DNA of 64,000 nucleotides from Gemmatimonadota bacterium (GTDB lineage Bacteria; Gemmatimonadota; Gemmatimonadetes; Palauibacterales; KS3-K002): NCBI GenBank assembly GCA_036475815.1, contig JAZGAL010000175.1, positions 4,403 to 68,402 of the forward strand, read 5' to 3'. Shown piece by piece: positions 26,030 to 35,595 of this stretch (position 1 is its first letter; each line of letters starts with the position of its first letter). The notes under the pieces were generated by a model. It saw only the letters and a program-made list of their open reading frames with translations, ran no database searches and was not told where the DNA came from. The position numbers and the translations under genes were made by a program.

Positions 26030-26494
26030 CTAGGCGTGCTGTTCGTCGAACTGCCGGATCTTCTCGATCACCTCGTCGGCAGTGGCAGCGTCCAGCAATT
26101 GCTTTGGAACATCGGGCTGCCTCATCAGCCGGGCGATCCGGGCGAGCAGCTTGATGTGGGTGCTGCTGGCGGCAGGCGGCGAAAGGAGCAGGAACAACGT
26201 GTGAACGGGCTTCTCATCCAGTGACAAGAAGTCGACGCCCTTTCGTGACAGCGCTAGAACCATGATCGTCGAGCTCAGCTCCGGGTACACAGCGTGCGGT
26301 ACCGCGACTCCGCCGCCGATGCCGGTCGATTGTGCCGCCTCGCGCTCCAGTAGCACTTCGAAGACCGGCTGCTCATCCGGAACGAGCCCGTGTTCGGCCA
26401 GGCAATGCACCATCTCGCGCAGCGTGTTCTCGACACCCTGGGTCTGGATATCGACTATGACGAGCTCGGGCCGGAGATAGTGATAGAGTTTCAT
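26030..26494 (-). CDS. ptsN: PTS EIIA type-2 (EIIA-Ntr / PtsN-like) protein
   Basis: 154 aa. Active-site histidine context GIGGGVAVPHAV. The overall EIIA-2 layout is present (LLLSPPAASSTHIKLLARIARL). Confidence 0.85.
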   Translation of the reverse strand: MKLYHYLRPELVIVDIQTQGVENTLREMVHCLAEHGLVPDEQPVFEVLLEREAAQSTGIGGGVAVPHAVYPELSSTIMVLALSRKGVDFLSLDEKPVHTLFLLLSPPAASSTHIKLLARIARLMRQPDVPKQLLDAATADEVIEKIRQFDEQHA

Positions 26495-26523
26495 TTCGTC
26501 TCACGGGTAAGCAAACCGCCCTT

Positions 26524-26553
26524 CACATAGCCATGGTGGGGCAACGGTGTCAA
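26524..26553 (-). promoter_or_regulatory. candidate sigma-70 promoter for the ptsN operon
   Basis: On the minus strand: perfect TTGACA (26553-26548), an 18-nt spacer, then TATGTG (26529-26524). It lies about 30 nt upstream of the ptsN ATG. Confidence 0.35.
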
Positions 26554-26593
26554 GATTGACGGCTATGATCATCTCGGTCTAAGTTGACTCACG

Positions 26594-27868
26594 ATGGGCA
26601 CGTTTATCGTTGAAGGTGGAAACGCTCTCAAAGGCCACGTCCGGCCGGCGGGCAACAAGAATGCCGCCTTGCCGATGATGGCGGCCGCTCTTCTCACCGA
26701 CGAGCCGGTTCGGCTGACCAACGTCCCGAACATCCGTGACGTTCACACCATGCTCGAGTTGTTGGGGGAGCTCGGCGTCCGGTACGAGTGGTCAGGCCCC
26801 GGCTCACTCGTGCTGCAGGCCGGCGAAGTGAAGTCGACCGCGCTCGAGCCGGTGCTGGCGACCCGCATTCGCGCTTCAATCTTGCTAGCCGGCCCCTTGC
26901 TTGCCCGGAACCACCAGGTGCGGCTGCCGCCGCCGGGTGGCGATGTGATCGGGCGGCGGCGACTCGACACGCACTTCGAGGCGTTGCAGAGGCTGGGTGC
27001 GGAGGTGGAACTCGGCGATGAGTTCGTGCTGCGCGGCAGGCTCAAAGGCGCCGAGATCTTCCTCGACGAGCCCAGCGTGACCGGTACCGAGAACGTGATC
27101 ATGGCGGCGACCCTGGCCGAGGGAACCACGCTCCTGCTCAACGCCGCAGCGGAGCCGCACGTGCAGGATCTCTGCAGGCTGCTCAGCGGCATGGGGGCCC
27201 ACATCGAGGGGATCGGCACGAGCCGGCTGCTGATCGAAGGCGTCGAACGACTGGGTGGAGCGAGCGCCGAGGTCAGTCCCGACTACATCGAGGTAGGCTC
27301 GTTCGTTGGCCTCGCCGCAGTCACGCGAAGCGAGTTGAGCATCGGTGATGTCGAGCCGAGCCACCTCTCCAGCATTCGCGTGATGTTCGAGCGGCTCGGC
27401 GTCATCTGCGACCTCGACGGCCGCACGCTGCGGGTGCCCGCGGACCAGTCGATGGAAATCTGCATGGACATCGGACAGCAGATCCCCAAGATCGATGACG
27501 GCCCCTGGCCACAATTCCCAGCCGACCTCGTTAGCATCGCCCTCGTGGTCGCCACCCAGTGCCGTGGCACCATCCTGATTCACGAGAAGATGTTCGAGTC
27601 ACGGATGTTCTTCGCCGACAAGCTGACGGCGATGGGAGCGCGGATCGTCATCTGTGACCCACATCGCGCCGTGGTAGTCGGCCCGGCGACGCTCCGCGGA
27701 TCGACCGTCGAAAGCCCCGATATCCGTGCCGGTATGGCGATCCTGATCGCCGCACTCGGCGCCGAGGGCCGCAGCGTGATCCACAACATCGGCCAGATCG
27801 AGCGCGGGTACGAGCGCATCGACGAGCGCTTGAGAGAGCTTGGTGCGTCCATCGAGCGAGCAGAGTGA
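26594..27868 (+). CDS. murA: UDP-N-acetylglucosamine 1-carboxyvinyltransferase
   Basis: 424 aa. GNKNAALP near the N-terminus. The conserved [12 protein letters not shown] segment carries Asp where E. coli MurA has the fosfomycin-target Cys. C-terminal IERGYE motif. Confidence 0.96.
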   Translation: MGTFIVEGGNALKGHVRPAGNKNAALPMMAAALLTDEPVRLTNVPNIRDVHTMLELLGELGVRYEWSGPGSLVLQAGEVKSTALEPVLATRIRASILLAGPLLARNHQVRLPPPGGDVIGRRRLDTHFEALQRLGAEVELGDEFVLRGRLKGAEIFLDEPSVTGTENVIMAATLAEGTTLLLNAAAEPHVQDLCRLLSGMGAHIEGIGTSRLLIEGVERLGGASAEVSPDYIEVGSFVGLAAVTRSELSIGDVEPSHLSSIRVMFERLGVICDLDGRTLRVPADQSMEICMDIGQQIPKIDDGPWPQFPADLVSIALVVATQCRGTILIHEKMFESRMFFADKLTAMGARIVICDPHRAVVVGPATLRGSTVESPDIRAGMAILIAALGAEGRSVIHNIGQIERGYERIDERLRELGASIERAE

Positions 27869-28587
27869 CGCAGGTCGCTGAGCTCGAAGCCTCGCTCGAC
27901 GGCCTGCGCGTCGTCAGGCAGGCGGACTGGGCGACCCGGTTTCCCGGCCTGGTCCAGGGGCTCACAGGCCGGGCGGCCGGACTCGATTTCAGCTTGCCGG
28001 ACGGCTGGGCCAGGCTGCTGAAGGCGGCGGGTGTCTCGCAGGTGGCTCGCTGCCGCCAGGTCCACGGCTCTGACGTCATTCTCTTCGATGCGCCGACCGG
28101 CGGGGCTGTCCAGCTGGCGGGCGATGCCGACGCCCTGGTCTGCGGGCGGCGCGATGTCCTGCTCGCCGTGACGGTGGCTGACTGCGTGCCGGTGTTCATC
28201 GTCGATGCTAGCCGCGGAACGCTGGGATTGGTCCACGCCGGGTGGCGCGGGATCGCAGCCGGGGTCGTGGAGGCCGCGTTGGAGAGGATGCGGGGTCTGG
28301 GATCGAGGCTCTCTTCGCTGCATCTGCACCTGGGCCCGGCGATTTGTGGGAAATGTTACGAAGTTGGGCCCGAGGTGGCTTCGGCCCTCGGCGTAACGGC
28401 GGGCGACACCTGTTTCGTGGACCTGCGGGGCCAGATAGCCCGGCGGGCCGCCGCCGCCGGCGTTGATTCGGCACGACTCACGGTGTCCACCTGGTGTACG
28501 CGTTGCGAGCGGGAGCGCTTTTTCTCGTACCGGGGAGGCGACGAGGGCCAGCGGATGTGCGCCTTTCTGGGGTGGCAGGCCAGTTGA
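27865..28587 (+). CDS. pgeF: laccase-domain / purine-nucleoside-phosphorylase-like protein (YfiH/PgeF family)
   Basis: 240 aa. VHGSDV, ADCVPV, HAGWRG and CTRCE...FFSYR motifs characteristic of the family. GTGA overlap with murA. Confidence 0.85.
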   Translation: MTQVAELEASLDGLRVVRQADWATRFPGLVQGLTGRAAGLDFSLPDGWARLLKAAGVSQVARCRQVHGSDVILFDAPTGGAVQLAGDADALVCGRRDVLLAVTVADCVPVFIVDASRGTLGLVHAGWRGIAAGVVEAALERMRGLGSRLSSLHLHLGPAICGKCYEVGPEVASALGVTAGDTCFVDLRGQIARRAAAAGVDSARLTVSTWCTRCERERFFSYRGGDEGQRMCAFLGWQAS

Positions 28588-28666
28588 TTTCCGGCCTGCC
28601 CGCCTCTATATTTACGGCCGCTGGTGGTTGAGACGCGAAGCTACAGGCCGCAGGGGCTTGCTGAGT

Positions 28667-28700
28667 AGTGGGGATGCAGTTCTTACCCCACTTTTTTATT
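28667..28700 (+). terminator. intrinsic terminator downstream of pgeF
   Basis: AGTGGGG (28667-28673), a 12-nt loop and CCCCACT (28686-28692), followed by TTTTTATT. Confidence 0.7.
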
Positions 28701-28733
28701 GCTGGCGCGGCCTGAACCAGCGGTGAGGACGGC

Positions 28734-29264
28734 ATGGTAAAGCGCAGCCAGACGGACGAGCAGCTGGAGCAGATCGTGGAGTCGCTGCTGCAGCGAATGG
28801 GGTTCGAGCTGGTCGATCTGGAGAAGGCCGGACATCGTTCCCGCCCGATCCTGCGGTTGCGGATCGACCGATCGGACTCGGAGCCCGGCCGCGGGGTAAC
28901 GGTCGATGAGTGCGCTCGAGTCAGCCGCGAGCTAGAGCGGTTGCTGGATGCGCGGGAGGATTTGCTTCCGAGCTATATCCTCGAGGTCTCGTCGCCGGGC
29001 GTCGAACGACCGCTCCGCAAGCGACGTGATTTCGAGCGCAGCGTGGGCCGCGAGATCTGCGTGCGTGGCTTCAAGCCGCTGGCACAGGGCTCGAAACGGA
29101 TCGAGGGGGTCTTGGTCGGAATAGAGGAATCGGGTTCCGACGAGCGGCTGCGGCTGCGGCTGGCGGACGGAACAGAGATTGATGTACCCCGCTCGGCGAT
29201 AGCCAAGGCGAACTTAGCGTTCCGGTGGGATGGGTTTGGGTCCGGACAGAGTGGAGAAGCGTAG
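28734..29264 (+). CDS. rimP: ribosome maturation factor RimP
   Basis: 176 aa. GFELVDLE and LEVSSPGVERPL motifs. First gene of the rimP-nusA-infB operon. GAGGA lies 5 nt upstream. Confidence 0.9.
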   Translation: MVKRSQTDEQLEQIVESLLQRMGFELVDLEKAGHRSRPILRLRIDRSDSEPGRGVTVDECARVSRELERLLDAREDLLPSYILEVSSPGVERPLRKRRDFERSVGREICVRGFKPLAQGSKRIEGVLVGIEESGSDERLRLRLADGTEIDVPRSAIAKANLAFRWDGFGSGQSGEA

Positions 29265-29325
29265 GGCGTAACCCGTGTTACGACCCGGGCCTCAGGGGAG
29301 AAGTCAAGAACGGAGTATCGATGGG

Positions 29326-30918
29326 ATGGGCAACGCAGCACAAATATTAGAGGCTTTTCGAGTGATGACGGCGCACAAGTCATTGTCACGCGAAGAGTTA
29401 CATGATTTGATCAGAGACGGCATCCAGGCTGCGCTGGCGAAGCGGTTCGGTGCGAACGTGCAGGCTGAGATCAAGATCGATGAGGAGAAGGGCACGATCG
29501 AGATCATCGCCCTCAAGGAAGTCGTCGATGAGGTCGTCGATCCCTCACGCGAGGTGAGTGTCACCGAGGCGCGCTGGGACGATCCGGACTTCCAGGTCGG
29601 CGATCTACTGGAGATCCCGGTCGAGTTCGAGGATTTCGGACGCACGGCGGTGCTGGCGGCCAAGCAGCGCATCATCCAGCGGGTCCGTGAGGGCGAGCGC
29701 AACCGAGTTCGAGAGGAATTCAGCGACAAGATCGGTGATCTGCTCTCGGGCGAGGTGCAGGCGATCGAGCGGGGGAAGCTGGTCGTGATGCTGAACATGC
29801 TGCGTGAGGCCGAAGCGATCATCCCGTGGCGTGAACAGAACCCGCGAGAGCGATTCCGCCAGGGCGAACCCATCCGGGCGGTACTGAAGAAGTTGGAGGA
29901 GACCCCTAAAGGGCCGCGTCTGATATTGTCGCGGGCCGACCCGGAGTTCGTCGCGTCGCTGTTCAAGCTGGAGGTGCCCGAGGTCTATCAGGGCATCGTC
30001 AAGATCGTGGACATAGCGCGGGAGGCGGGTGGCCGGACCAAGATCGCGGTCGTGTCCAACGACGACTCGATCGATCCAGTCGGCGCGTGCGTAGGCCTGA
30101 AGGGCTCGCGCGTCCAGGCGGTGGTCTCCGAGATGAGCGGTGAGCGGATCGACATCGTGCCGTGGCACCCCGATCCTGAGATCTACGCCAAGCGAGCGCT
30201 GGCGCCGGCGAAGGTGGCGAAGGTGATCTCCGATGGCGAGGGCAGGCTCGTCACGGCCATCGTGGATGAGGACCAGCTGTCGCTGGCGATCGGCCGCAAC
30301 GGTCAGAACGTGCGTTTGGCGTCGCAGCTCATCGGCTGGCAGATCGACCTGTACTCCAGCCGCGAGTGGATGGAGCGTGGCGCTGAGAGCACGCTGTTCC
30401 GCAAAACCGACGAGTACGAAGGAGCGGCAGACTTCCCGCTCAAGGAGCTCGACATCGCACCGGCGCTTCTGGCGTCACTGGAAGCGGCTGGATACGAGAC
30501 GTTCTTGGGAATCATCGATCTTGAGCGGGACAACTTGCTGAGGGTCCAGGGAATCGGGCCCGAAGAGGCGGATGCGCTCGTGAAGTTGATCGAGGAGCTG
30601 ACCGTCGTCGAGGAACCGGTGGAGCTATCGGCCGAGGCCCCACCGAATGCCGCCCCGGTGGCCACGGGTGAACCGGTCGCCGCAAACGATGAGAGCGAAG
30701 AAGCTGGTGAGGAGGCGGTCGATGTGCCGGCTGCCGAGGAAGCGGCCGATGAGCCCGGCGATGAGCCGGTGGCTGCCGGCGCGCCGGAGCTCGAAGCCGC
30801 CGGAGTCGAGGGCGACCTGACGGCACCAGACGTCGAGGAAGCGCCTGTGGCTGGCGGCACGGTGTCAGCGGAAGCGGAGGCGATCGCGGAGGGTGAGTCG
30901 GAGAAGCGGGGCTCGTGA
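29326..30918 (+). CDS. nusA: transcription termination/antitermination factor NusA with an acidic C-terminal tail
   Basis: Start placed at ATG 29326 (MGNAAQILEAF..., GGAG 10 nt upstream). S1 and two KH domains are present (GACVGLKGSRVQAVVSEMSGERIDIV; AIGRNGQNVRLASQLIGWQIDL). One HhH pair precedes ~110 aa of Glu/Ala/Pro-rich tail. Confidence 0.95.
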   Translation: MGNAAQILEAFRVMTAHKSLSREELHDLIRDGIQAALAKRFGANVQAEIKIDEEKGTIEIIALKEVVDEVVDPSREVSVTEARWDDPDFQVGDLLEIPVEFEDFGRTAVLAAKQRIIQRVREGERNRVREEFSDKIGDLLSGEVQAIERGKLVVMLNMLREAEAIIPWREQNPRERFRQGEPIRAVLKKLEETPKGPRLILSRADPEFVASLFKLEVPEVYQGIVKIVDIAREAGGRTKIAVVSNDDSIDPVGACVGLKGSRVQAVVSEMSGERIDIVPWHPDPEIYAKRALAPAKVAKVISDGEGRLVTAIVDEDQLSLAIGRNGQNVRLASQLIGWQIDLYSSREWMERGAESTLFRKTDEYEGAADFPLKELDIAPALLASLEAAGYETFLGIIDLERDNLLRVQGIGPEEADALVKLIEELTVVEEPVELSAEAPPNAAPVATGEPVAANDESEEAGEEAVDVPAAEEAADEPGDEPVAAGAPELEAAGVEGDLTAPDVEEAPVAGGTVSAEAEAIAEGESEKRGS

Positions 30919-31231
30919 AGTGGAAAGCGGGTTGCTGGATGGCCTGGGTATGGCCGCCCGGGCCGGTCAACTGCGGATCGGAACCGACGCGGTGCGTCGA
31001 TCGATTCGAAGCAGGCAAGCCGCGGCGGTGGTCATCGCCGGGGATGCTCCGCCGTACGTGCGGGAGAAGCTCGAGCGGCTTCTGACCTCGCGGTCCCTGC
31101 CCTACAGGGTCGTGCTCGATGGCGATCGGTTGGGCCGGGCGGTGGGCCGAGAGCGGGTGGTAGCTCTGGCCGTCACCGACGGATCTTTGGGGCGGCGAGT
31201 GATGGAATTGGCAGAGGCGGTAGAGGGCTAG
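30893..31231 (+). CDS. L7Ae/L30e-family (YlxQ-like) RNA-binding protein
   Basis: GLLDGLGMAARAGQLRIGTDAVRRSI...AAAVVIAGDA resembles YlxQ of nusA-infB operons. Start is ambiguous: GTG 30893, GTG 30920 or ATG 30950. Confidence 0.7.
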   Translation: MSRRSGAREVESGLLDGLGMAARAGQLRIGTDAVRRSIRSRQAAAVVIAGDAPPYVREKLERLLTSRSLPYRVVLDGDRLGRAVGRERVVALAVTDGSLGRRVMELAEAVEG

Positions 31232-31252
31232 CGGACAGGAGGAGTTTCAGCG

Positions 31253-33937
31253 TTGGCGAAGATGCGGGTCTACGAGCTGGCTAAGGAGTTCGAGGTCACG
31301 AGTGAGAGCGTGATCCACCTACTCCGGGAGATGGACATCCCCGTCCGCAGCCACATGTCTACGCTGGATGAGGGGCACGTCGCCCGTGCGCGCACGCGCC
31401 TGGAGCGCGAGAAACGCAGGCCCGATAAGCCTGGCCGGGACGAGCCGGCAGGCCGCCGCCGCCGACGCCGTCGTGTGGTGGAGCGTCCCGCCGAGCCGGT
31501 CGTCGCCCCGGTGGAGGAGGAGATCCTGGTGACTGTGGCCGGTGCCGAGGAGCGGCTGGAGGTCGAGGAGGTGCTGGCGGCGCAGATGGACACCGCGGCG
31601 GAAGTCGGCGAGCCGCAGGTACCGGCGGTGGAGGCTGTCGTTGAAGAGACCGCCCCGCTCGAGGTCGAAGAGATTGCGGCCGTCGAGCCGGCGGCTGCAG
31701 CGGCGGAAGCGGCGGAGACCAGGACGCCCGAAGAGGCCGCCGTCGAGGAACTGGTGGCCCCGGTACACGAGGAAGAGATGCTGGCGACGGTCGCCGAAGC
31801 GGCTGCCACTGCGCCTCCAGCGCCGGTGGCGCCGAAGCCCGTCATCCGGGCGGGAGCGGAACCGGCAGAGCCACCGAAGTCCGCGGCGGGAGTAGTTCGC
31901 ATTCAGGCCGAAGGCTACACGCTGGACGGGCGCCGCCGTCGCCGCACCCGCAAGAAGAAGCGTACACGGGTCGATCAGGTGGCGGTGCAGGCGAACATCA
32001 GGCGAACGCTCGCCAAGATGGATAGCGCCGGGCCGACGCGTCGCCGCCGGCGCGGCGCGCTATCGGCGGAGGAGCGGGAGCGCGAAGCGGCCGAGGCGGA
32101 GCGCCGGGCCGAGGAGGAGCGGACCACGATTCGCGTGGCCGAGTTCCTCACCGTTGCGGAGCTCGCGGACCTGGTACGGGTCTCAGCCAACGAAATCATC
32201 ACATCCGCCTTCAAGAACCTCGGTTTGATGGTCACCATTAACCAGCGGCTCGACTTCGACCAGATCGAGCTTATCGCGGAAGAGCTCGGCTTCAAGGCGA
32301 TGCGGGAGGACGCGTACGATGCCGACGTGGTGGCGGAGGTCCAGGTGGCCGATCCGGAGCGGTTGGTGCCGCGTCCGCCGGTCGTCACCGTGATGGGGCA
32401 CGTCGATCACGGTAAGACATTGCTGCTCGATCGTGTCCGCAAGACGAACGTGGTCGCCGGCGAAGCGGGAGGCATAACCCAGCATGTCGGTGCGTATCTC
32501 GTCGATATCGGTGGAGGTCGGAGCATCACGTTTCTCGATACGCCGGGTCACGCGGCTTTCACCGCGATGCGGGCCCGGGGCGCGGACGTGACCGATATCG
32601 TGATCCTCGTTGTGGCGGCTGACGACGGCGTGATGCCGCAGACCAAAGAGGCGATCAGCCACGCGAAGAACGCAGGTAAGCCCATCGTCGTGGCCGTCAA
32701 TAAGATCGATCTCCCGACGGCGGACGTGAACCGGGTGAAACAGGAGCTGCTGGAGCACGAGGTCGTGATCGAGGACTTCGGCGGAGAGGTCTTGACCTCG
32801 GACATCTCGGCCAAGACGGGGCACGGGATCGATGACTTGCTGGAGAAGGTCTTGCTCCAGGCGGAGATGTTGGAGCTGGAGGCGGATCCGGGTCTGCCGG
32901 CACGCGGCACGGTAATCGAGTCCGAGCTGGACAAAGGGATGGGCCCGATAGCGACAGTCCTCATCGCCCAAGGTACACTGGGCATCGGCGATGGCTTCGT
33001 CTGTGGAGTTCATGCAGGTCGCGTCCGCGCGCTGCTGGACGAGCGTGGACGCAGCGTGAAGTCCGCTGGCCCCGGCATACCGATACGGGTTCTCGGGTTC
33101 GAGGGTGTTTCGCAGGCGGGTGACAACCTGATCGTGCTCGACTACGAACGTGCCCGTGAGATCACCGGAAAGCGGCAGCAAATCGAACGAGAGAAAGAGA
33201 TCCGGCGCAAGGGCCGGATGAGGCATCTCGAGGACATCTTCGAGGCGGTACAGGCCGGGAGGAAGAGTCAGCTCAAGCTCGTCATGAAGGGCGACACCGA
33301 TGGGTCGGTGCAGGCACTCTCGGATGAACTCGAGCGGCTGTCGACTGATGAGGTCGAGGTCAAGGTGATTCACCGCGGCGTTGGGGCGGTGACCGAGACG
33401 GACGTGCTGCTCGCCCAGACCACGGGCGCGATCGTCATCGGCTTCCACGTGAGGCCGGACCGCAAGGCGCGAGAAATAGCCGAGCGTGAAAGTGTGGACA
33501 TCAGGTCCTACCGCGTCATCTACGAGGCTGCCGAGGAAGTACGAGCAGCCCTGGAAGGCATGCTCGCTCCGGAGGAGAGAGAGATCATTCTGGGCTCTGC
33601 GGAGGTGAGGGAGTTGTTCAAGGTGCCGAAGGTCGGCACTGTGGCGGGCTGCTATGTGAGCGACGGAGTCATCGACCGGAACACTCAGATCCGCGTGCTT
33701 CGCGAGCACGTAGTCATCTACGAAGGCAAGCTTGCCAGCTTGAAGCGATTCAAGGAAGACGTCAAGGAAGTCAAAGCGGGCTACGAATGCGGGATGTCGG
33801 TCGAGAATTTCAACGATGTGAAGGTCGGTGACATTCTCGAGTCCTTCCGTACTGAGCAGGTGGCCCGTAAACTGGATGCAAGGGTAGGCGCGCAGGCTGG
33901 TGTCGTGGGAGAGAGCGGTTCGAGTGCCAGGGGCTAG
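31253..33937 (+). CDS. infB: translation initiation factor IF-2
   Basis: 894 aa. TTG start with AGGAGG 9 nt upstream (alternative ATG at 31262). N-terminus RVYELAKEF. G domain VTVMGHVDHGKTLLLD, DTPGH and NKID. Acidic low-complexity linker at aa ~90-200. Confidence 0.97.
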   Translation: MAKMRVYELAKEFEVTSESVIHLLREMDIPVRSHMSTLDEGHVARARTRLEREKRRPDKPGRDEPAGRRRRRRRVVERPAEPVVAPVEEEILVTVAGAEERLEVEEVLAAQMDTAAEVGEPQVPAVEAVVEETAPLEVEEIAAVEPAAAAAEAAETRTPEEAAVEELVAPVHEEEMLATVAEAAATAPPAPVAPKPVIRAGAEPAEPPKSAAGVVRIQAEGYTLDGRRRRRTRKKKRTRVDQVAVQANIRRTLAKMDSAGPTRRRRRGALSAEEREREAAEAERRAEEERTTIRVAEFLTVAELADLVRVSANEIITSAFKNLGLMVTINQRLDFDQIELIAEELGFKAMREDAYDADVVAEVQVADPERLVPRPPVVTVMGHVDHGKTLLLDRVRKTNVVAGEAGGITQHVGAYLVDIGGGRSITFLDTPGHAAFTAMRARGADVTDIVILVVAADDGVMPQTKEAISHAKNAGKPIVVAVNKIDLPTADVNRVKQELLEHEVVIEDFGGEVLTSDISAKTGHGIDDLLEKVLLQAEMLELEADPGLPARGTVIESELDKGMGPIATVLIAQGTLGIGDGFVCGVHAGRVRALLDERGRSVKSAGPGIPIRVLGFEGVSQAGDNLIVLDYERAREITGKRQQIEREKEIRRKGRMRHLEDIFEAVQAGRKSQLKLVMKGDTDGSVQALSDELERLSTDEVEVKVIHRGVGAVTETDVLLAQTTGAIVIGFHVRPDRKAREIAERESVDIRSYRVIYEAAEEVRAALEGMLAPEEREIILGSAEVRELFKVPKVGTVAGCYVSDGVIDRNTQIRVLREHVVIYEGKLASLKRFKEDVKEVKAGYECGMSVENFNDVKVGDILESFRTEQVARKLDARVGAQAGVVGESGSSARG

Positions 33938-34007
33938 TCGCGACCCGGCCCGCCAGCGCCAGTGGTTGTAAACTAGAACTGGAACGGGCCGAAGGCCTCC
34001 AACCGCC

Positions 34008-34289
34008 GTGGTCGTTGGCGTCATCGCATGGGAGCTGCACCTGGACGGCTGCACCTCCCTGAAGCAGAAACGGGCTGTGCTGAGGAGCCTGAAGGACCGG
34101 CTTCGCGGACGCCATAACGTTTCCGTGGCCGAGACCGACTATCAGGACACGTGGCAGAGGGCAGAGATCTCCGTCGCGATCGTGTCGTCTGATCGGAGAC
34201 GGGCGCACGAGATGCTGAGCCGCGTGGACGCCCTGGTGGCCTCGGACGCGCGCGTCCGCATTATCGACAGCACCACGATTCTCTACTGA
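34008..34289 (+). CDS. DUF503 (YlxP-like) protein
   Basis: 93 aa. LHLDGCTSLKQKRAVLRSLKDRL is typical of DUF503. Conserved position between infB and rbfA. Confidence 0.75.
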   Translation: MVVGVIAWELHLDGCTSLKQKRAVLRSLKDRLRGRHNVSVAETDYQDTWQRAEISVAIVSSDRRRAHEMLSRVDALVASDARVRIIDSTTILY

Positions 34290-34336
34290 GCCCGGCTGCG
34301 AACGCTGCTTCATCCCAACACGCCGTTCGGCAAGTC

Positions 34337-34717
34337 ATGGCTAGAGAGTACGCCCGAAAACAAAGGGTCGCTAAACTGCTGAAGGAGGAGATCTCGCGCC
34401 TGCTTCAGCGCGAGGTCAAGGACGCTCGCATCGGCATGGTCACCGTCACCGATGTTGAGGTGACTGCTGACCTCAAGTATGCGACGGTTTACTTCCAGAC
34501 TTCCGGTGATGAGGGACGCAAGACGGAAGCGCTGGAAGGCCTGTCCAGCGCCGCTGGCTTCCTGCGGTCACGCCTGGGACGCGAGCTCAGGCTGCGTCGC
34601 GTACCGGAGTTGCGGTTCGCCATCGACCCCACGCAGGAGAAGGCGGCGCGGATCGCCGAGCTCCTCGCCGAGGTTAGAGCCTCTGAGCAGCAAGGCGAGG
34701 GTGAGGACGGGCATTGA
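34337..34717 (+). CDS. rbfA: ribosome-binding factor A
   Basis: 126 aa. RVAKLLKEEISRLLQREVKDARIGMVTVTDVEVTADLKYATVYF is a classic RbfA KH fold sequence. Confidence 0.9.
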   Translation: MAREYARKQRVAKLLKEEISRLLQREVKDARIGMVTVTDVEVTADLKYATVYFQTSGDEGRKTEALEGLSSAAGFLRSRLGRELRLRRVPELRFAIDPTQEKAARIAELLAEVRASEQQGEGEDGH

Positions 34718-35586
34718 CTCCTGTCGGCCTGCTCCTGGTGGACAAGCCGGAAGGTCCAACCTCACACGACGTCGTCGATAGGGTCCGGCGGGACACCGGC
34801 GTGCGCCGCGTGGGCCATACGGGGACGCTCGATCCTTTCGCGAGCGGCTTGCTGTTGCTCTGCGTGGGCTGGGCTACGCGGCTGGCGGAATACCTGACTG
34901 CTCTGCCCAAGACGTACCGGGGCGTCGTTCGGCTGGGTGAGCGAACGGACACCGACGATCGAACGGGTAAGCTCATCGGTACCAGCGAGGCGTGGCGCAC
35001 CCTGGACGCGGAGCAGGTGCGTGCCGCGCTTGACGGGCAACTGGGCGAAATCGAGCAGCTGCCGCCCGCCTATTCGGCGAAGAGGCTGGCCGGCCGGCGG
35101 GCCTATGAGCTGGCTAGAAGGGGCGGAAGGCCGGAGCTGCAGCCAGAGCGGGTGATGATCCGGCGTTTGACCCTCTGCGATTTTTCGCCGCCGTATGCCA
35201 CGGTTGAGATCGAGTGCTCGAGCGGCACCTACGTTCGATCTGTGGCACGGGATGTTGGGGAGACCCTGGGGGTCGGCGCTCACTTATGCGCTCTCCGGCG
35301 GCTGCGGATCGGCGAGTTCGACGTGGCGGATGCCCTGAAGCTCGAGGCCCTGGAGGCGGCCGAAGCGATCCAGGCGCGTATTCGCCCCCCGGAGGATGCA
35401 GTAGCCCACCTGCGCACAGCGCACCTTAGCGAGGAGGCGGGTGCCGCATTGCGCCAGGGCCGGTGTGTGGAATGGGAAGAAGAGACAGAGTCCCCTGTGG
35501 TGGCGGTTATCGTGAAGAGGAGCCTTGTGGCGATCGCTGAGCCGAGAGAGGGTCGTCTGTGGCCCAAGAAGGTGTTCAGCGGCTGA
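34714..35586 (+). CDS. truB: tRNA pseudouridine(55) synthase
   Basis: TTG start overlapping the rbfA stop. GLLLVDKPEGPTSHDVV and the catalytic HTGTLDPFASGLL motif are present. Confidence 0.93.
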   Translation: MTPVGLLLVDKPEGPTSHDVVDRVRRDTGVRRVGHTGTLDPFASGLLLLCVGWATRLAEYLTALPKTYRGVVRLGERTDTDDRTGKLIGTSEAWRTLDAEQVRAALDGQLGEIEQLPPAYSAKRLAGRRAYELARRGGRPELQPERVMIRRLTLCDFSPPYATVEIECSSGTYVRSVARDVGETLGVGAHLCALRRLRIGEFDVADALKLEALEAAEAIQARIRPPEDAVAHLRTAHLSEEAGAALRQGRCVEWEEETESPVVAVIVKRSLVAIAEPREGRLWPKKVFSG

Positions 35587-35595
35587 CGTCTGGCG

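Noticed and set aside
32183-34054. 623-aa minus-strand ORF antisense to infB
   Set aside because: infB on the plus strand has unmistakable G-domain motifs. The antisense product has no recognisable domains.
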